Positions 28,172 through 42,383 of a stretch of 64,000 nt of DNA are shown piece by piece. Below the pieces are notes generated by a model. It was not told the DNA's origin and searched no databases. It saw nothing but the letters and a program-made list of their open reading frames with translations. Every line of letters starts with the position of its first letter. Position 1 is the first letter of the stretch. The translations under genes were made by a program, and so were the position numbers. The stretch comes from the human T2T-CHM13v2.0 reference genome, Homo sapiens. The stretch lies in NCBI RefSeq assembly GCF_009914755.1, contig NC_060940.1, one strand, 5' to 3'.

Positions 28172-29847
28172 GCTTCCCTGATTTCTCTAAGATGCTAGAG
28201 AAAAGAGAGCGCAATGGATAGGGGAGGGAGAAGGGCCCATCCCTTGCATGCTGAGACCTGGTAAGGAACCCCGAGGGAAGAAAGAGGCAATTATCAGTAA
28301 ACCAACCTGGACTCAGTTCCCTCACACCTGTACACTTGGATTTTGGTCAAAACATAACCTGAGCTTCAGTTCCTCCATCCTTCAAGTAAGGTGAAGAAAA
28401 TCTGCCCTGCCTACCTGTCATTATAACCATCATCATTTTTTTTATCATTACAGCTTATTAAACATTTATTATTTACCAGCCACAGAAGCAGGCACTCTGT
28501 ATATGGCCTTTTATTCAGTTCCTGTGATCATCCTATGAAATAAATACAATTTTGTCCATTTGAAAGAGGAGAAAGGATAAGGTAGGAAAGGCAAAGTAGT
28601 TTGCCCAAGTCTCCTTGGGCTGCAGGTGCTAGACCAAGTCTCGCAGGGTACCTGATACTGTGTTTTATGAATCAGGAAACACCATCAAATGTCACCAGTA
28701 CCTTTCCAAATGTGTGCACAGGCAAGCATGTTTGCATGAAAGCATCTCTTCTAATTATTGGGAAGCCCTTGGGTGGGAGCTGGGAGACTCTTTCCAGCCT
28801 AGCTTAAGTAGGTAAACTTAAAGAATACACATATCCTCTCCAGAATGTGCTTAAATCTGATCACTGGATCCCAAACCCAACAAGAACAGGGCCAAGGATA
28901 CCAGCAGCAGAGCACTCCCCCAGTCTAAGACAACACTGTGGTTTATAAAAGGTCAAGTTCAATCAACCAATTGTTTCCCAAGGGAAAAAAGTCAAATTTC
29001 AGTTTCAATACACATGTCTTTGGAGGGGAAAAAATCCCATTAAAAACTCTTACCAGCAAATGATAATTAATTCAAATCCACCTTTGACCCTTCTTTCCCA
29101 GAGTCAACCACAGTTACCATGAGAGGCGTAAAGACATTTTATGAGGGCAAGGACTTTGTCTAATTCATGGCTGAATACCTAGTGCCAGACACACAGAGAG
29201 TGCTTAATAACTACACATGAAAGAATGGCTGTCCAGCAGGTGGCTGCTATGGATTCTCTGCAAACACTGTAAGAGATATGGTACTTTTTTGCAATTCAAC
29301 CGAAAATGGCAGGGTATGGACTCGCCCCAAGGGAGAAAGGACGCCTTGTGTTTTCAAAATCAGCCAGTGAAGCACCTCAGCCTGGGGTTTGAGTTTACAG
29401 CCTTTGGATATGGGCTCTGGCTTTGCTGCAAGTACAGGATGCTCATCCCTAGAGTTCCAGACACTAATGGCAAGAACAAGGATGGGAGTGTGGAAGGATT
29501 CCTAGTCTCCCGTGGAAAAGACAACCTTGGTTGTCAGTGAGGTATCTGCAGTCTCTGGTGTTCCACCACTACCCAGCTACATGGTTACTGCTGTTGCCAT
29601 CTTTGTCTCTGGGGTGCTCAGGTTGATTTACAACACTGGAGAGTCAGCCCATTGGGACAGTGGGGACTAGCTTGGTAGTGTGCACGTCATGGAGCAGCCA
29701 ATAGCTCAGAGTTCTGTCCTCCCGACCAAGGAATACTCAAGGTTTTTGAAACCTTCCAGCATTGAGGCTGAATGCCATCATAGATATTCATGGTATTCCA
29801 GGACTATTAGGAACTTAAGAACAGCTTGTCTAGCCATGATGTGGGGT

Positions 29848-30411
<564 letters not shown>

Positions 30412-32819
30412 GAAGCTAAGGCTACCCACCCTGCTTCTGCCCTCAAGGCCCTCTGCTCTCTATCCCTCCCCACCAAATCCCACTTTATTTCCCTTAGCCT
30501 TTCACTGAGGAGTCACTGTTTGCAAAGTCCTCTCATTTTTAAACCTCTACTTATAGTTCAGTACGTGCTACTTCTTGCAAATAATGAGCTCTTTACATTT
30601 AGTTCCCATCACCTTATTTCAGGGTTTTCTGTATCTGTTAGTTTGCTTCTGGGTGTTGTGGTTTTCACTTTGTAGGAACTGATGTCTCAGTCAGTTGTAT
30701 AAGGTTAGTCCCACCCTTTAAGACAGAAACCGTGTTTGCACACCCAAAGTGTTCCCTCCAGAGCCCCTACCTAGGGCCGGGCATTCAGTCCCAATCACAG
30801 GTTAAGGGTGAGGGATAGCTTGGTAGAAATACCACAGAAGTAATAAAGAATCTACAAGACAGCATCTCCTCTTGTCTTCTTTTGGCCTGTGTTATTTTCC
30901 TGACTTCAGGGAGATGAGGCGGAGAGCTGCTCATGGTTGAAGGAAGGAAACGTTTCTCTTGGTCCATCTAGGTCAAGATGGGATGCTGCCCAGAGGACCT
31001 CCACAGAAATTCATTAACTGAGAGAAACCACGCTATGGGAGTGAAGGTTGGTAGCTGAATTGCCCATTCAGCTGGGGAGAGGTGGGTGAATACCTGAAGG
31101 TAATGTGGATAGAAAGGCATGAAGCATGTGTGTATGGGTTCAGAGCCCCTGTGCAGACATCACACTGGAATAGACCTGTCCCTACGAACCCTGCGTGAGT
31201 TTCCAAGCTCACACACATCTCCAGCTTCCTGCTTTTGTCACACGCCTTCCAAGGACACAACGGGATTTGCCAGGACATTCTTGATGTCTTCCCCTTGGTA
31301 TTTATAGGGTGGCTTTCCAATGGACTCCTGAAAAGGCATAAATGAAGCTTTGTTGACAGGGGAATCCTGTTTGCTGTAATTAGATATTTAAAGACCCTCA
31401 TTAGTTGCCTTTGCTGGGCCTAATACTCAGCAGTACCAAAATGAGGGGCTCTCGACTTTGGCCACCTCCTCCCCCTCACTCAGCATAATTCTTTGAGGAT
31501 TCCTATTTGTATGTCTTCACAGCCCTTTAGTCTCATGACCATACTCTTCACTTAGTGAAGTCCCATTACTTTCTCTCTGCAGACAAAAAAAATGTATATA
31601 TTTTTCAGTTAAAAAATGTTAAGAAACAGTCGGGCCACCCATCAGAATGAATGTATAGCTCACCCAGCTATGCAATTATCCAAAAATAACCCATTTCTAT
31701 TTCCAAGAGTAGACTGCATTTAAATAAGCATTCTCTTCAAATAAACTTTCATTAAGTCAGATTTCTCTATAGTCTGCAAGCTTAATGAATGCATGTGTGG
31801 CCGCGTGAGATATATAGGATTTACCTCCATGCCTAGTTTTTGGAGCATGAGAGAAGCTGATCCATAATGAGATACGTGAACCCATTTTGGTAGAGGCACC
31901 GTTGATTTAACAAAGGAAGCGCTGAAATGTGCATCAAATGGGGGCCGCTAAGATAACTGAGCTTCTGAGGAAAAGGCTGCTGAAATGTTAGAGTCCTACG
32001 GCTGTTTTTTTCTTTTGCATATTATTAGAAAGTCTGGTTTCAACATGACCTCACTGTTTAGACCCCCTTAAAATACTTGTTTCCCCACCTTCCACGTGGC
32101 CCTGTCAGGAAGGGGTACGTGGCAGACAGGGAATAGCTACAGGTGCAAAATGCAGAATACCATTTTTCCAGTGTTTTCGGCCCACATGACATACCAGCGT
32201 GGATCCTGTTTGAAAGCTACCAGGTGGTAGCATTTATTTTGGCTGAAACTCTGCATCATAGCCAAAATCTGCTCTTCTGTGCATTCCTCTTGCATCTATT
32301 CCACTCTGCCTGCTGGGGAGGAAGCGGATGATTCTGAGCCCAGCCCACGTAGGTGCTGTTGAAACAGGAGGTCAGGCCAGCCTTTGCTGCTTCTGGGGTG
32401 CTTTAGTAGCAAATGGCTTCTGTTGTGTCCAAATGGAGTCCCCTCCACGGAACATGGGTATGAGATGCCCAGAGAAGATGCTCGACTACACGGACCATCA
32501 CTGTTTTTTGTTTGTTTGTTTGTTTGTTTTCCCCCTGTAACCCATTGTATTTAAGTGGTTTAGATTATCAGATGAAAAAAAAATAGGAAATCCAGGCAGT
32601 GGGATAGAGAAGAAGTCAAATGGGGCTGCCTGGAGCACCATTAGTGAGTGTCAAACAATTTTGTCAGCAGAAAGCCTTGTTATAAAGCCTATAAACTACC
32701 AACAGGTCAAAAAGAAAAAAAAAAGAGTCAATTAAATATTGATATATAGGATATGGAAGAGAGGTGAGTGACTGCATTTAAACCTGACGTTTTTTGATGG
32801 GAAACACCTTATGAATATG

Positions 32820-33543
32820 TCATCAACTAAATTATGTCCCCTCAAAATTCATACGGTGAAGTCCTAACCCCAGCTACCTTAGCACGTGACCTTATTTGGA
32901 GACAGGGTGTTTATGGAGCTAATCAAGTAAAAATCAGGTCATTAGGGTGGGCCCTAATCCAGTATGACTGGTGTCCTTATAAGGAGGAGAAATTTGGGCT
33001 GGGTGCAGTGGCTCGCACCTATAATCCTAGCACTTCTGGAGGCTGAAGCAGGTGGATCACTTGAAGTCAGGAGTTTGAAACCAGCCTGGCCAACATGATG
33101 AAAGCCCATCTCTACTAAAAAATACAAAAAAAAAAAAAAAATTAGCTAGGTATGGTGGCAGGCACCTGTAATCCCATCTACTTGGGAGGCTGAGGCAAGA
33201 GAATTGCTTGAAGTCAGAAGGAGGAGGTTGCGGTGAGCCGAGATCATGCCATTGGAATCTAGTCTGGGCAACAGAGTGAGACTCCCTCTCAAAAAAGGAG
33301 GAGAAATTTGGACACAAACAAATACAGGAGGAAGATCACGTGATGACATGGGGAGAAGAGGAGTCATCTACAGTGAGAGGGTCCTGGAACACATCCTTCC
33401 CTTGCAGCCCTGAGGAGGAATCAAACCTGTCAATACCTTGATTTTGGACTTCTGGCCTCCCAGACGACAAGATAGTAAATTTCTGTTGTTTGAGCCACCC
33501 AATTTGTGGTACTTTGTCATGACAACCGTAGGAAATTCATGCA
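32820..33543 (+). mobile_element. MLT1B-like LTR interrupted by an Alu
   Basis: aaaattcatacggtgaagtcctaacccc...gggtgggccctaatccagtatgactggtgtccttataag...gagccacccaatttgtggtactttgt. Confidence 0.85.
32998..33294 (+). mobile_element. AluS
   Basis: Exact 17-bp TSD aaggaggagaaatttgg at 32981-32997 and 33295-33311; very short A tail. Confidence 0.95.
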
Positions 33544-33818
33544 GGATGTTGGGGGCAAGGATACCTTGGAAGAAAATTAGGCTCTCAGTATAGGTATGTG
33601 CTAGAGACTTGTACTCCTCTGGCTAAGGGAGAGGTTACAGAGGGTGGAGGCAGATAGAAGCTAAACTATAGAGAAGATTTACTGTGGAGGTAAGAATGAA
33701 TGTGGCTCTAGCCAGAGTAGTTTGGGTGATTACGGGTTGTGGGTGTTTTTGTGTGTGGGTGTATATTAATGTTTGAAGTGATGAGCTATGCTTAAGTGAG
33801 AACCTCTCATGTTGGACC

Positions 33819-34363
33819 TGAGGTAGGACATCAACAGGACTGTTTTCAGAACACCAGTCACAACCCCGCTGATAAAAATAGAATGCAATAATGAAACTGG
33901 CCAAAACCAGCTACAACCAAGATGGTGATGAAAGTGATCTCTAGCTGCCCTCACTGCTCTTTGTATGCATTAATGCATTAGCATAAGCCGTTCCCATCAG
34001 TGACATAAGTTTACAAATGCCATGGTAACACCTGGAAGTTACCTTATAGGGTTTAAAAGGGGAGGAACCCTTGGTTCAGGAAGCTCCCCACCCCTTTTCC
34101 AGGAAATTCATGAATAACCCACCCCTTGTTTAGCATATAATTAAGGAGTTGTTATAAATAAAGCTAGCCAACAGTCCACAAGTGCTATCTGCCTATGGGG
34201 TAGCCCTGCTATTTCTGTGGAGCAGCCATTTTCCTGTTCTCTGTTGCTCTAGTAAACACGCTTTGCTTTCATTTTACTCTGTTGGCTCACTCTTGAATTC
34301 TTTCCTGCACATAGCCAAGAACCCTCCTGGGCTAAGCCTCAGTTTTGGTGCTCGCCTGCATCA
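33819..34363 (+). mobile_element. MER41-family (ERV1) solo LTR
   Basis: TG...CA ends; aaccaagatgg, gtttacaaatgccatgg, aggggaggaaccc, catgaataacccaccccttgtttagcatataat are MER41 hallmarks. Confidence 0.8.
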
Positions 34364-34634
34364 AACTGATTTATTCCACTGTTTAAACACCTAATGTACA
34401 ATGAACTGGCAGGATGTGGGTGGCCTAGAAGAAAATAGCACACAGCTTTTAGAACTCTATGCCAAGCCCATGACAGACATCACTAGTTGATCACGGCACT
34501 CTTTTTCTCTGAGCTGAGTCTTCTTGCCTCCCCATCTTACTGGGTAAGCAAGACAGGCACAACCAGTTATTCCATCCTGGCAGGTGAACTCTGTTTCCTG
34601 TCTCTGGCCACGACCCTTTTTGCTGGAGGTGTGG

Positions 34635-34912
34635 TCTGCAAACGAGCAGTGTTGGCATCATGGAGTCTCCTGGAGGAGACGCAAAACCTGAGGCTGCCTC
34701 CCAGATCTACTGAGTCATAAACTGCATTTTAAACTGTGTAAAGTGAAAGATCAAAATGAAAGCAAAGCGTGTTCACTAGAGCAACAGAAAACGGGAAAAT
34801 GGCTGCTCCCTAGACACAGCGGGGCTACCCCATAGGCAGATAGCATTTGTGGACTGCTCGCTAGGTGCGACCTAGGTTGTTGGTCTGCACATTAAGGTTG
34901 TGAGAAGCTCTG
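34635..34912. mobile_element. MER5B-like MITE interrupted by a ~130-bp insertion
   Basis: cccagatctactgagtcataaactgcattttaa [insert] ...ctgcacattaaggttgtgagaagctctg. Confidence 0.55.
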
Positions 34913-35035
34913 ACCTGGAGGGACTCTCCTTCTGAGGAGGGAGTTAGGGTGAGGTCTACATGTACCTGAGAAGTGAACTCTATTCTAGTCAAACCAGTAG
35001 CCAGTAACTGGGTATCTCAAGATAAGTATTTCATT

Positions 35036-35346
35036 GTGTTTGTTTTGTTTTGTTTTGTTTTCTTGAGGTGGAGTCTCCCTCCGTAGTCCAGGCTGGAGTG
35101 CAGTAGAATGATCTCAGTTCATTGCAGCTTCTGCCTCCTGGGTTCACATGATTCTTATGCCTCAGCCTCCCGAATAGCTGAGATTACAGGCATACGCCAC
35201 CATGCCTGGCTAATTTTTGTATTTTTAGCAGAGATGGGGTTTCACCTTGCTGCCCAGGCTGGTCTTGAACTTCTAGCCTCATGTGATCCAACTGCTTCGG
35301 CCTCCCAGAGTGTTGGGATGACAGATGTAAGCTACCACACCCCACC
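35036..35346 (-). mobile_element. Alu (old S/Jb)
   Basis: (TTTTG)n tail, diverged dimer. Confidence 0.9.
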
Positions 35347-35529
35347 AAAAGCATCTCATTTTGGTATCAGGCATGTGAAAATGTCCAATCTGAAATTTAA
35401 TTCTTGCTCTGTATGTTGTAGGTGCAGTGTTTGTGTGTGTGCATGTGTAGTGTTTGAAGTGATGACATAGTTATTTCGTGTGATAGTGTCAGTTCAATCA
35501 GTATGGTACCTTTTAAAAAGGCTAGTTTG

Positions 35530-35822
35530 GGCTGGGCACAGTGGCTCACGCCTGTAATCCCAGCACTTTGGGAGGTCGAGGGGGGTGGATCACGAGGTCA
35601 GGATTTTGAGACCAGCCTGACCAACATGGTGAAACCCTGTCTCTATTAAAAATACAAAAGTTAGCTGAGTGTGGCAGCACATGCCTGTAATCCCAGCTAT
35701 TCAGGAGGCTGAGTCAGGAGAATCACTTGAACCTGGGAGGCGGAGGTTGCAATGAGCCGAGATCACACCAGCACACTCCAGCCTGGGTGACAGAGCAAGA
35801 CTCTGTCTAAATAAATAAAAAA
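35530..35822 (+). mobile_element. AluSg-like
   Basis: ggatcacgaggtcagg; TSD aggctagttt. Confidence 0.92.
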
Positions 35823-36219
35823 CAGAGGCTAGTTTATAGAATAACAATAGTGAATTTATGGGGCAGAGACTCACCGGTTGCCGGAAGAAGAGCATCCACA
35901 ATACCTTGTGGAAAACAGCCAGACTTACTGGCAGGCTCCCTCCATGTAGAGTCTGTACGCCGCCTCTCCTAACATCTTCCCATGTGCTTTTCACACACCC
36001 AAATTCCTGAGCTCCACTTCTAACCCACTGACTTGGGATTTCAGAGATTTTAGGCCCAAGGATCTTCCTGCTTAGATCCTCAGGTACCTCTTCTGCACTC
36101 TTGAGTTTATTTCCCCATCAGTGTAACTTGAAAATTCAACCCAATTATATGACCATAAACCTTATGAGAAAGTGAATAATGAGTCCTTTATACTATAGTA
36201 TAAATGTTAGCATATCTGC

Positions 36220-36870
36220 AAGTATTTATTCATGGCTGATTTGGGCAAGTGAGTTGAAAGGATGGTGGCGGTGATCTATTCTGGAAGAAACAGGCAGCTA
36301 GAGGGGAGATAAGGAGAAACGATAGTTTGGACCAAGGACAATTTGCTGAGAGGAACAGATCTGATTGAGGAGCCAGTATCTCTGTCCTTGTGGAGCTTAC
36401 ATTCTGATTGGCAGAGACATGCAACAAATAATAGCCTGGTGGAAAGGAATGAATAGTGGGTGAAAAGCAGGGCAAAGGGCTGTCAGTTACAGTTTTAAAT
36501 AAGAGGTCAAGAGTAGACCAGTAAGATGAGGGAGCTGGTTTTGCAGACATTGGAGGAAGAATGTTATGGGCAGAGGGAGCTGACTGTGCAAAGGTCCTGG
36601 GGCTGTAGCATACCTGGTGTGTTCCAGGAAGCCTTCTGGCAGGGAGAAATGGGCAAGGGGAAAAGGAAAAGATGAAGTTGCGGAGGGGCAGGACACCGTT
36701 GGGACTTTTGCTTACAATGAGAGATGTGAAGGGTCTCAGGAAGATTTTGAGCAGTAGACAGGTATGACCTGGCTTGGGTTCAGTGGCTCAACTCCAGTGC
36801 TATGCTGAAGGTAGACTTCAGGGGATAAGTATAGAAGCAGGGTGGCTAGTTAAGAGGTTATTGCAATTAC
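36220..36870 (-). mobile_element. L2 fragments
   Basis: tgtgcaaaggtcctggggctg, gattttgagcag, gaagcagggtggctagttaagaggttattgcaat. Confidence 0.7.
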
Positions 36871-37306
36871 TAAATGTATAAATTTATAAAGCATGTGAAG
36901 AAAGAAAGAGATTCCTTCTTACTGCATTGTAGCTCCTTCCTCAGTGGTAAGTATCATTAACATGTTCACAAGCAGCCTCTAGACTATGTCTGTGGCCATT
37001 CAAACACACACACATCCATACACACACATTGTTTACATAAATGAGATCATAGTATGCATATTGCTCCAGAACTTACTTTCTTGTTCAACATGTTTCATAT
37101 TCTGTGTCGTAGTTGATTCTAACAGTTGCATAATTTTTCATAACATGAACGTACTGCAGTTGCTATATTAGTTTTTTATTGATGGACATTTAGGATGTTT
37201 TCAGTTTATTTTTCCCATTCTGAACAGTGTAACAGTGAACATTTTTGCAATATCTATTTTTATGCACGTGAGCAAGAACGTGCATGGGATTATTTCTGAA
37301 AAATAG

Positions 37307-37629
<323 letters not shown>

Positions 37630-38320
37630 TGCATTTTTTCTCTTTTAATCGATACTGCCCATTTGCCCTCCACATAGGTCATAGTCATTTACATTCCCAC
37701 CAACAATGTGATGTCTGCTTTATATGTAGTTTCATGGTTTACAAAGCCCTTTCACGTGCATCATGAGTTAGCCTGTGCAGGAGGAGGAGGAGTGGGTTTA
37801 TCCCCATCATGCAGATGTGGAAACTGAAGCCCAGAATGGGGGATTTGGGCAATGGGAAGAGAAAGGGCCCATTACCTTACTGACAGACAGACAGACAGAG
37901 ACCCACAGACCAACATTCCTTTTCTGTTTCTGGATTAATAACACACTGGCTTCCTTTGACATTTCTATGTTAGTGGGAATACTTGATCATATCATTTCTT
38001 ATGGTGATAGGAGTTGCTGTTTTAGTTTCACGTAGATGATTTTAGAAATTATTTTCACAGAGGCAGTATTTTAAACACACAGGTAATGTCAACACGTAGT
38101 TCAAAATTTCAGTGCCTCTCTGGCTTTCTTCAATCTATTTCAACAAGGAGAGGTTATGCAGCTTCCTTCCACATATCCTAGTAAGTAGTAGTTATCAATA
38201 GCTAAACATTTAGTTTAATCATTAGGTAGTCACCATTGTATAAACATTTACATGGTGTCTACTGTGTAACAGGGCTTTGGGATACCAGCAGCATTTCCTT
38301 TCCTGTACACCAGAGGATTT

Positions 38321-38620
<300 letters not shown>

Positions 38621-40448
38621 CAGAGGATTTAAAATCAATTTTAAGAATGGCAATCCCCTTCGCTTTTCCCTAAACCAAATCTCACATAAAAATGGAAAAT
38701 CTCCACAGTGCTTATAAAGTCACAGTGAATATAGCTTGATCCTTGAGTGATGGTGTAGACAACAGAATGTAGTCCACACCCCCAAATCAGCTCAAAGTAA
38801 CTCACATCCTATTCTGGAGCTTTTGGAATACCCTAACGGGGGACATAGGATCCCCAAATGTATCTCCTTACTCAACCACCATAGCTGTTCCTAAGCTTCC
38901 CTTCAACTAACATCCCCCTTCTCACCCCACACACCTTTCTTTTCCCTCTTCCCTCTTCCCTTCAAGTTTTCTGGGCCTGATGTTATACCTGGGAATTTCT
39001 TATAGTGGAGAAGGCAGGTGGAACAGAGGGGGTCACTGCGTTGGAGGGACTGATGCAAGCCAGGCTAGGACTGCTCAGAAGGCAGGGGAAAGTAACACGG
39101 TGGAAACACCTATGTGTTCAAAATGTTTTGTCCCTTCTATCACAAATGATAAAAATTAAGGAGCCTTATATGGCACAGGCTCAGAGGTTCAGACACCAGG
39201 TGCACAGGTGTCTCAATGCTCAGGTGGCCTGTTGGCCATCCATACCTCTTTCCCTTGTCTCTGTTCATCCACCTGAACATGGCCTCAGTGCCACTTCAGG
39301 GCTCCAGGAAACAAAGGACTGAAAACCATGGGTTTGATACTCTGAATCCTTAGAGCCTGCTAACTTGTTGGAAGCATGGAATGCTGCAATGTCCACTAAC
39401 GTAGGGGTTTTTCAAGAACAAGGAGCTAGCAATGTCCAGATGAAAGAAAATAATTTCTGACAGTGGAAATGAAGATGCAGGCGTCCATGGGAGAAAGACT
39501 ATCGGACGAGTCAGGGCCAGACAATTGTTCTCCTTTTTTAAAGGTTCTGTCTCTGGACCTTGAGGTGCCCCTGTTCTTGTCTGGGTTACACATTTCAGCT
39601 CCCCAGGATGAGCGATGAGCTCTACATCACCTGGCCCAGGCTGCAGGGCAAAGAGCTCTTCAAGAGCCCAATGAATCTTAATAAAAAATGGAAATGGCTT
39701 TCCCCTTTCATTTTAATTAACATTATGTCTACATTTCTGGGATAATGGATAATTAAGTGAGTTCCCTTGGCATTACAACGTTCTTGGAAATAATTTATGG
39801 TTTCGTTTCACTGTGTGAAGGCTGTTTGGGTTGGTGCTTAAGTTTTATCATAAATATTTCCGAGGAGTATTTGCACATTCGTTGATTTGTATTCACAAGG
39901 CTGCAGTACCCCATTCTGGGGAAGTGTCTTATGTAATATTTTCTCACAGGCCACGCTTCCACTCTGTGTGTTCTTTTTTGGCACAGAGTTGTTTGCAGAA
40001 TGTTGCATTCCTTCAGCAGCATGAGACCACGGCCACCATTTTAACCTGCATCCCTCTGTGTGAATTGGTTGACCTGAGACAGAATCTCAGTGAGCCTTCT
40101 GGAACTGGGCTGAGCTTAAGTCTTCCAGTCTAAAAGGGAAATGGTAATAATAATAAGGGTTGGTATTTATTACGTGCCCACTAGTCTGCACCACGTACTG
40201 TGCTGAACATTTTAGGCAGTCTTTTATTATGAAGAACGAATGTGGCATTGTCCACAGTGAGCCTTCATCATAAAGCAATGGTGTGGGTGTTAGTATTATC
40301 ATCCCCAGTTGACACTAAGCTAGAAAGTGGCAGAGCTGGGATTTGAACCCAGACAGTCTGCCTCCAACACCCACAGTGATGAACACCTTATGTTGTCCTT
40401 ATGCAAATATCTACAGGTATGAAGATGTGTCTACTTTCTCCCTCCAGA

Positions 40449-40662
40449 ACAGCCCTGTCCAGGAGATTTTGTGTGATGATGGAAGTGTTCTAAATCAGCA
40501 TCATCAAACACGGTGGCCATTTGCCATGGATGTATGGATGTCTACTGAGCACGTGAAATATGGCTTAAGATGACTCTGGAATTGAATTTTAAATTAAATT
40601 TAAATTTATCTTAATTTAAGTAGCCAAGTGCAGTTATGGCCACCATATGGTGTAGCACAGCT
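40449..40662. mobile_element. MER3-like hAT-Charlie MITE
   Basis: ctgtccaggagattttgtgtgatgatggaagtgttcta...ctgagcacgtgaaatatggct...tagccaagtg. Confidence 0.7.
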
Positions 40663-40699
40663 CTGCTGCAAACTGCCTGCTGGCTGCTCTAATGCCCTG

Positions 40700-41125
40700 A
40701 CGTCATCCATTGCTGCTGGAGCAAATTACTCACACTTTGTGGTTTAAACAACACAAATTTATTACCTTACAATTCTGGAGGTCACAAGTCCCAAAATCAG
40801 CAAGGTTGTTTTCCTCCTGGAGGCTCCAGGGGAACATGAATTTCCTTGCCTTTTCCAGCTGCAAGAGGTCACCTACACCCTTGGATCATGGCCCCTTCCT
40901 CTACCTTCATAGTCAGCAACAGATAATCTTCAAGTCTTTTAATTCTGACCCTGCTGCCTTCTTCTGAAGGGACCCTAGTGATTCCATTGGCCCACTGGAT
41001 AATTCAGGGAAAATACCTCATCTCAAGTACCTTAATTACATCTGTGAAGTCTCTTTTGCTATAGAAGGCACATATTCAGATGAGACTCTAGGCAGTAGGA
41101 CCGGGACATCTTTGAGGGGTCGTTG
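40700..41125 (-). mobile_element. MLT1C/D-like LTR
   Basis: ggtttaaacaacacaaatttattaccttacaattctggaggtc...cccactggataattcagg...ttaattacatctg. Confidence 0.75.
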
Positions 41126-41849
41126 TGAGAGTATTTCTTGGAGTTTAAGAGCATAGGCTCTGAAGTTGCATTGACTTGGATGGAAATCTCAGCATTGTCA
41201 CTTACTCCTTGTATAAATGGTCTTCGAGCAGGTCACTCAACCTTCCTGAGTCTGAGTTAACTTATATTTAAAAGCGGAATAATGCTAGTACAACCAAATA
41301 GGGTTGTTGTGAGACTTAATTAAGGTAGTGATGAAAAGTGACCATCACACAGGGAAACACACAATACATACATAAAATTGTTAAAGGCTACTTCTTTAAC
41401 TTACATTTCATTATTATTTGGCACAGGAGTAATACCCTCACTCTCCTACTTAGCTCCTTTAAAAAATATGCCCTTGGTGAGAGAAATGTAGAGATGATGA
41501 GAACCACGATCATAAGTAGGCATCTCTTCCATTTAAATTGCTTTTTCAAGGGCTTGCTTTTATTTCATTTATTCTTCATAACCACCATTTGAAGTATGTG
41601 GTCACGTCCTCATTTTGCAGAGTAGAAAACAAAGATTCAGGAGCATTAAGATACATGCTCAGAACCCTAGGGCCAGTGCAGTGGTGAGCTGGAACCAGGC
41701 ACTTACCTGCTGGTTCCAAGGTGGATCCTCATTCCAGCTTTGTACCGTTGACTTCCCTTCCATGTGAGATAAAAGAGGAGAAGTGTCTGTAGAAGGATAA
41801 ATTGGGGAAGGTGGGGAGGAATGGCAATAGTGACTTGGTTGAGAGTTAC

Positions 41850-42383
41850 GGTGCCAGAATCATCCATGTGTGGAGACCTAACATTTCAAGGCATTCCTTG
41901 GCACCTTTGAGCTTCACAGGGCCCCAGAGTTCTAAGTGTGAGTTTCCATGATCTCATCTGATTTCCCTACCATCTTGCAAGACAGGACCCCCGACCTGGC
42001 TAGTTCTCTGATCACCTGGACTGGCTTCACCCCTAGTCCTTCACCTGGTTCACAATCTGATGGGCTTCAGCTCCCTGCCAGCCCATGAAATTATTCAAAC
42101 AAAGCAGTCACTTCCTCCTGTGGGAACCAGGGGACATCTCACCATTTTGTCACTACAAAGCCTGCTCCCCACAGTGCCTGCTGGTTCAACCTGCTCTGAG
42201 AGCAACCCCGCGTGGCCTTGCATGGCGTGCTGTGTCTGCCTCTCCCCTGTACCAAGTAGGTTTGACTCATGGATCCGTTGATTGCATCTGTCCACAGCCA
42301 GGTGTCCTGTGCGTGGCCATCTCATACTATTTAGGGTGGGGATCCCTTCTTCACTATGAGGGTGAATAGGAGGTGACCAGAGA
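41850..42383 (+). mobile_element. MER74-like ERVL LTR
   Basis: aattattcaaac...gggaaccagggg...actacaaagcctg...gggtgaataggagg. Confidence 0.65.
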
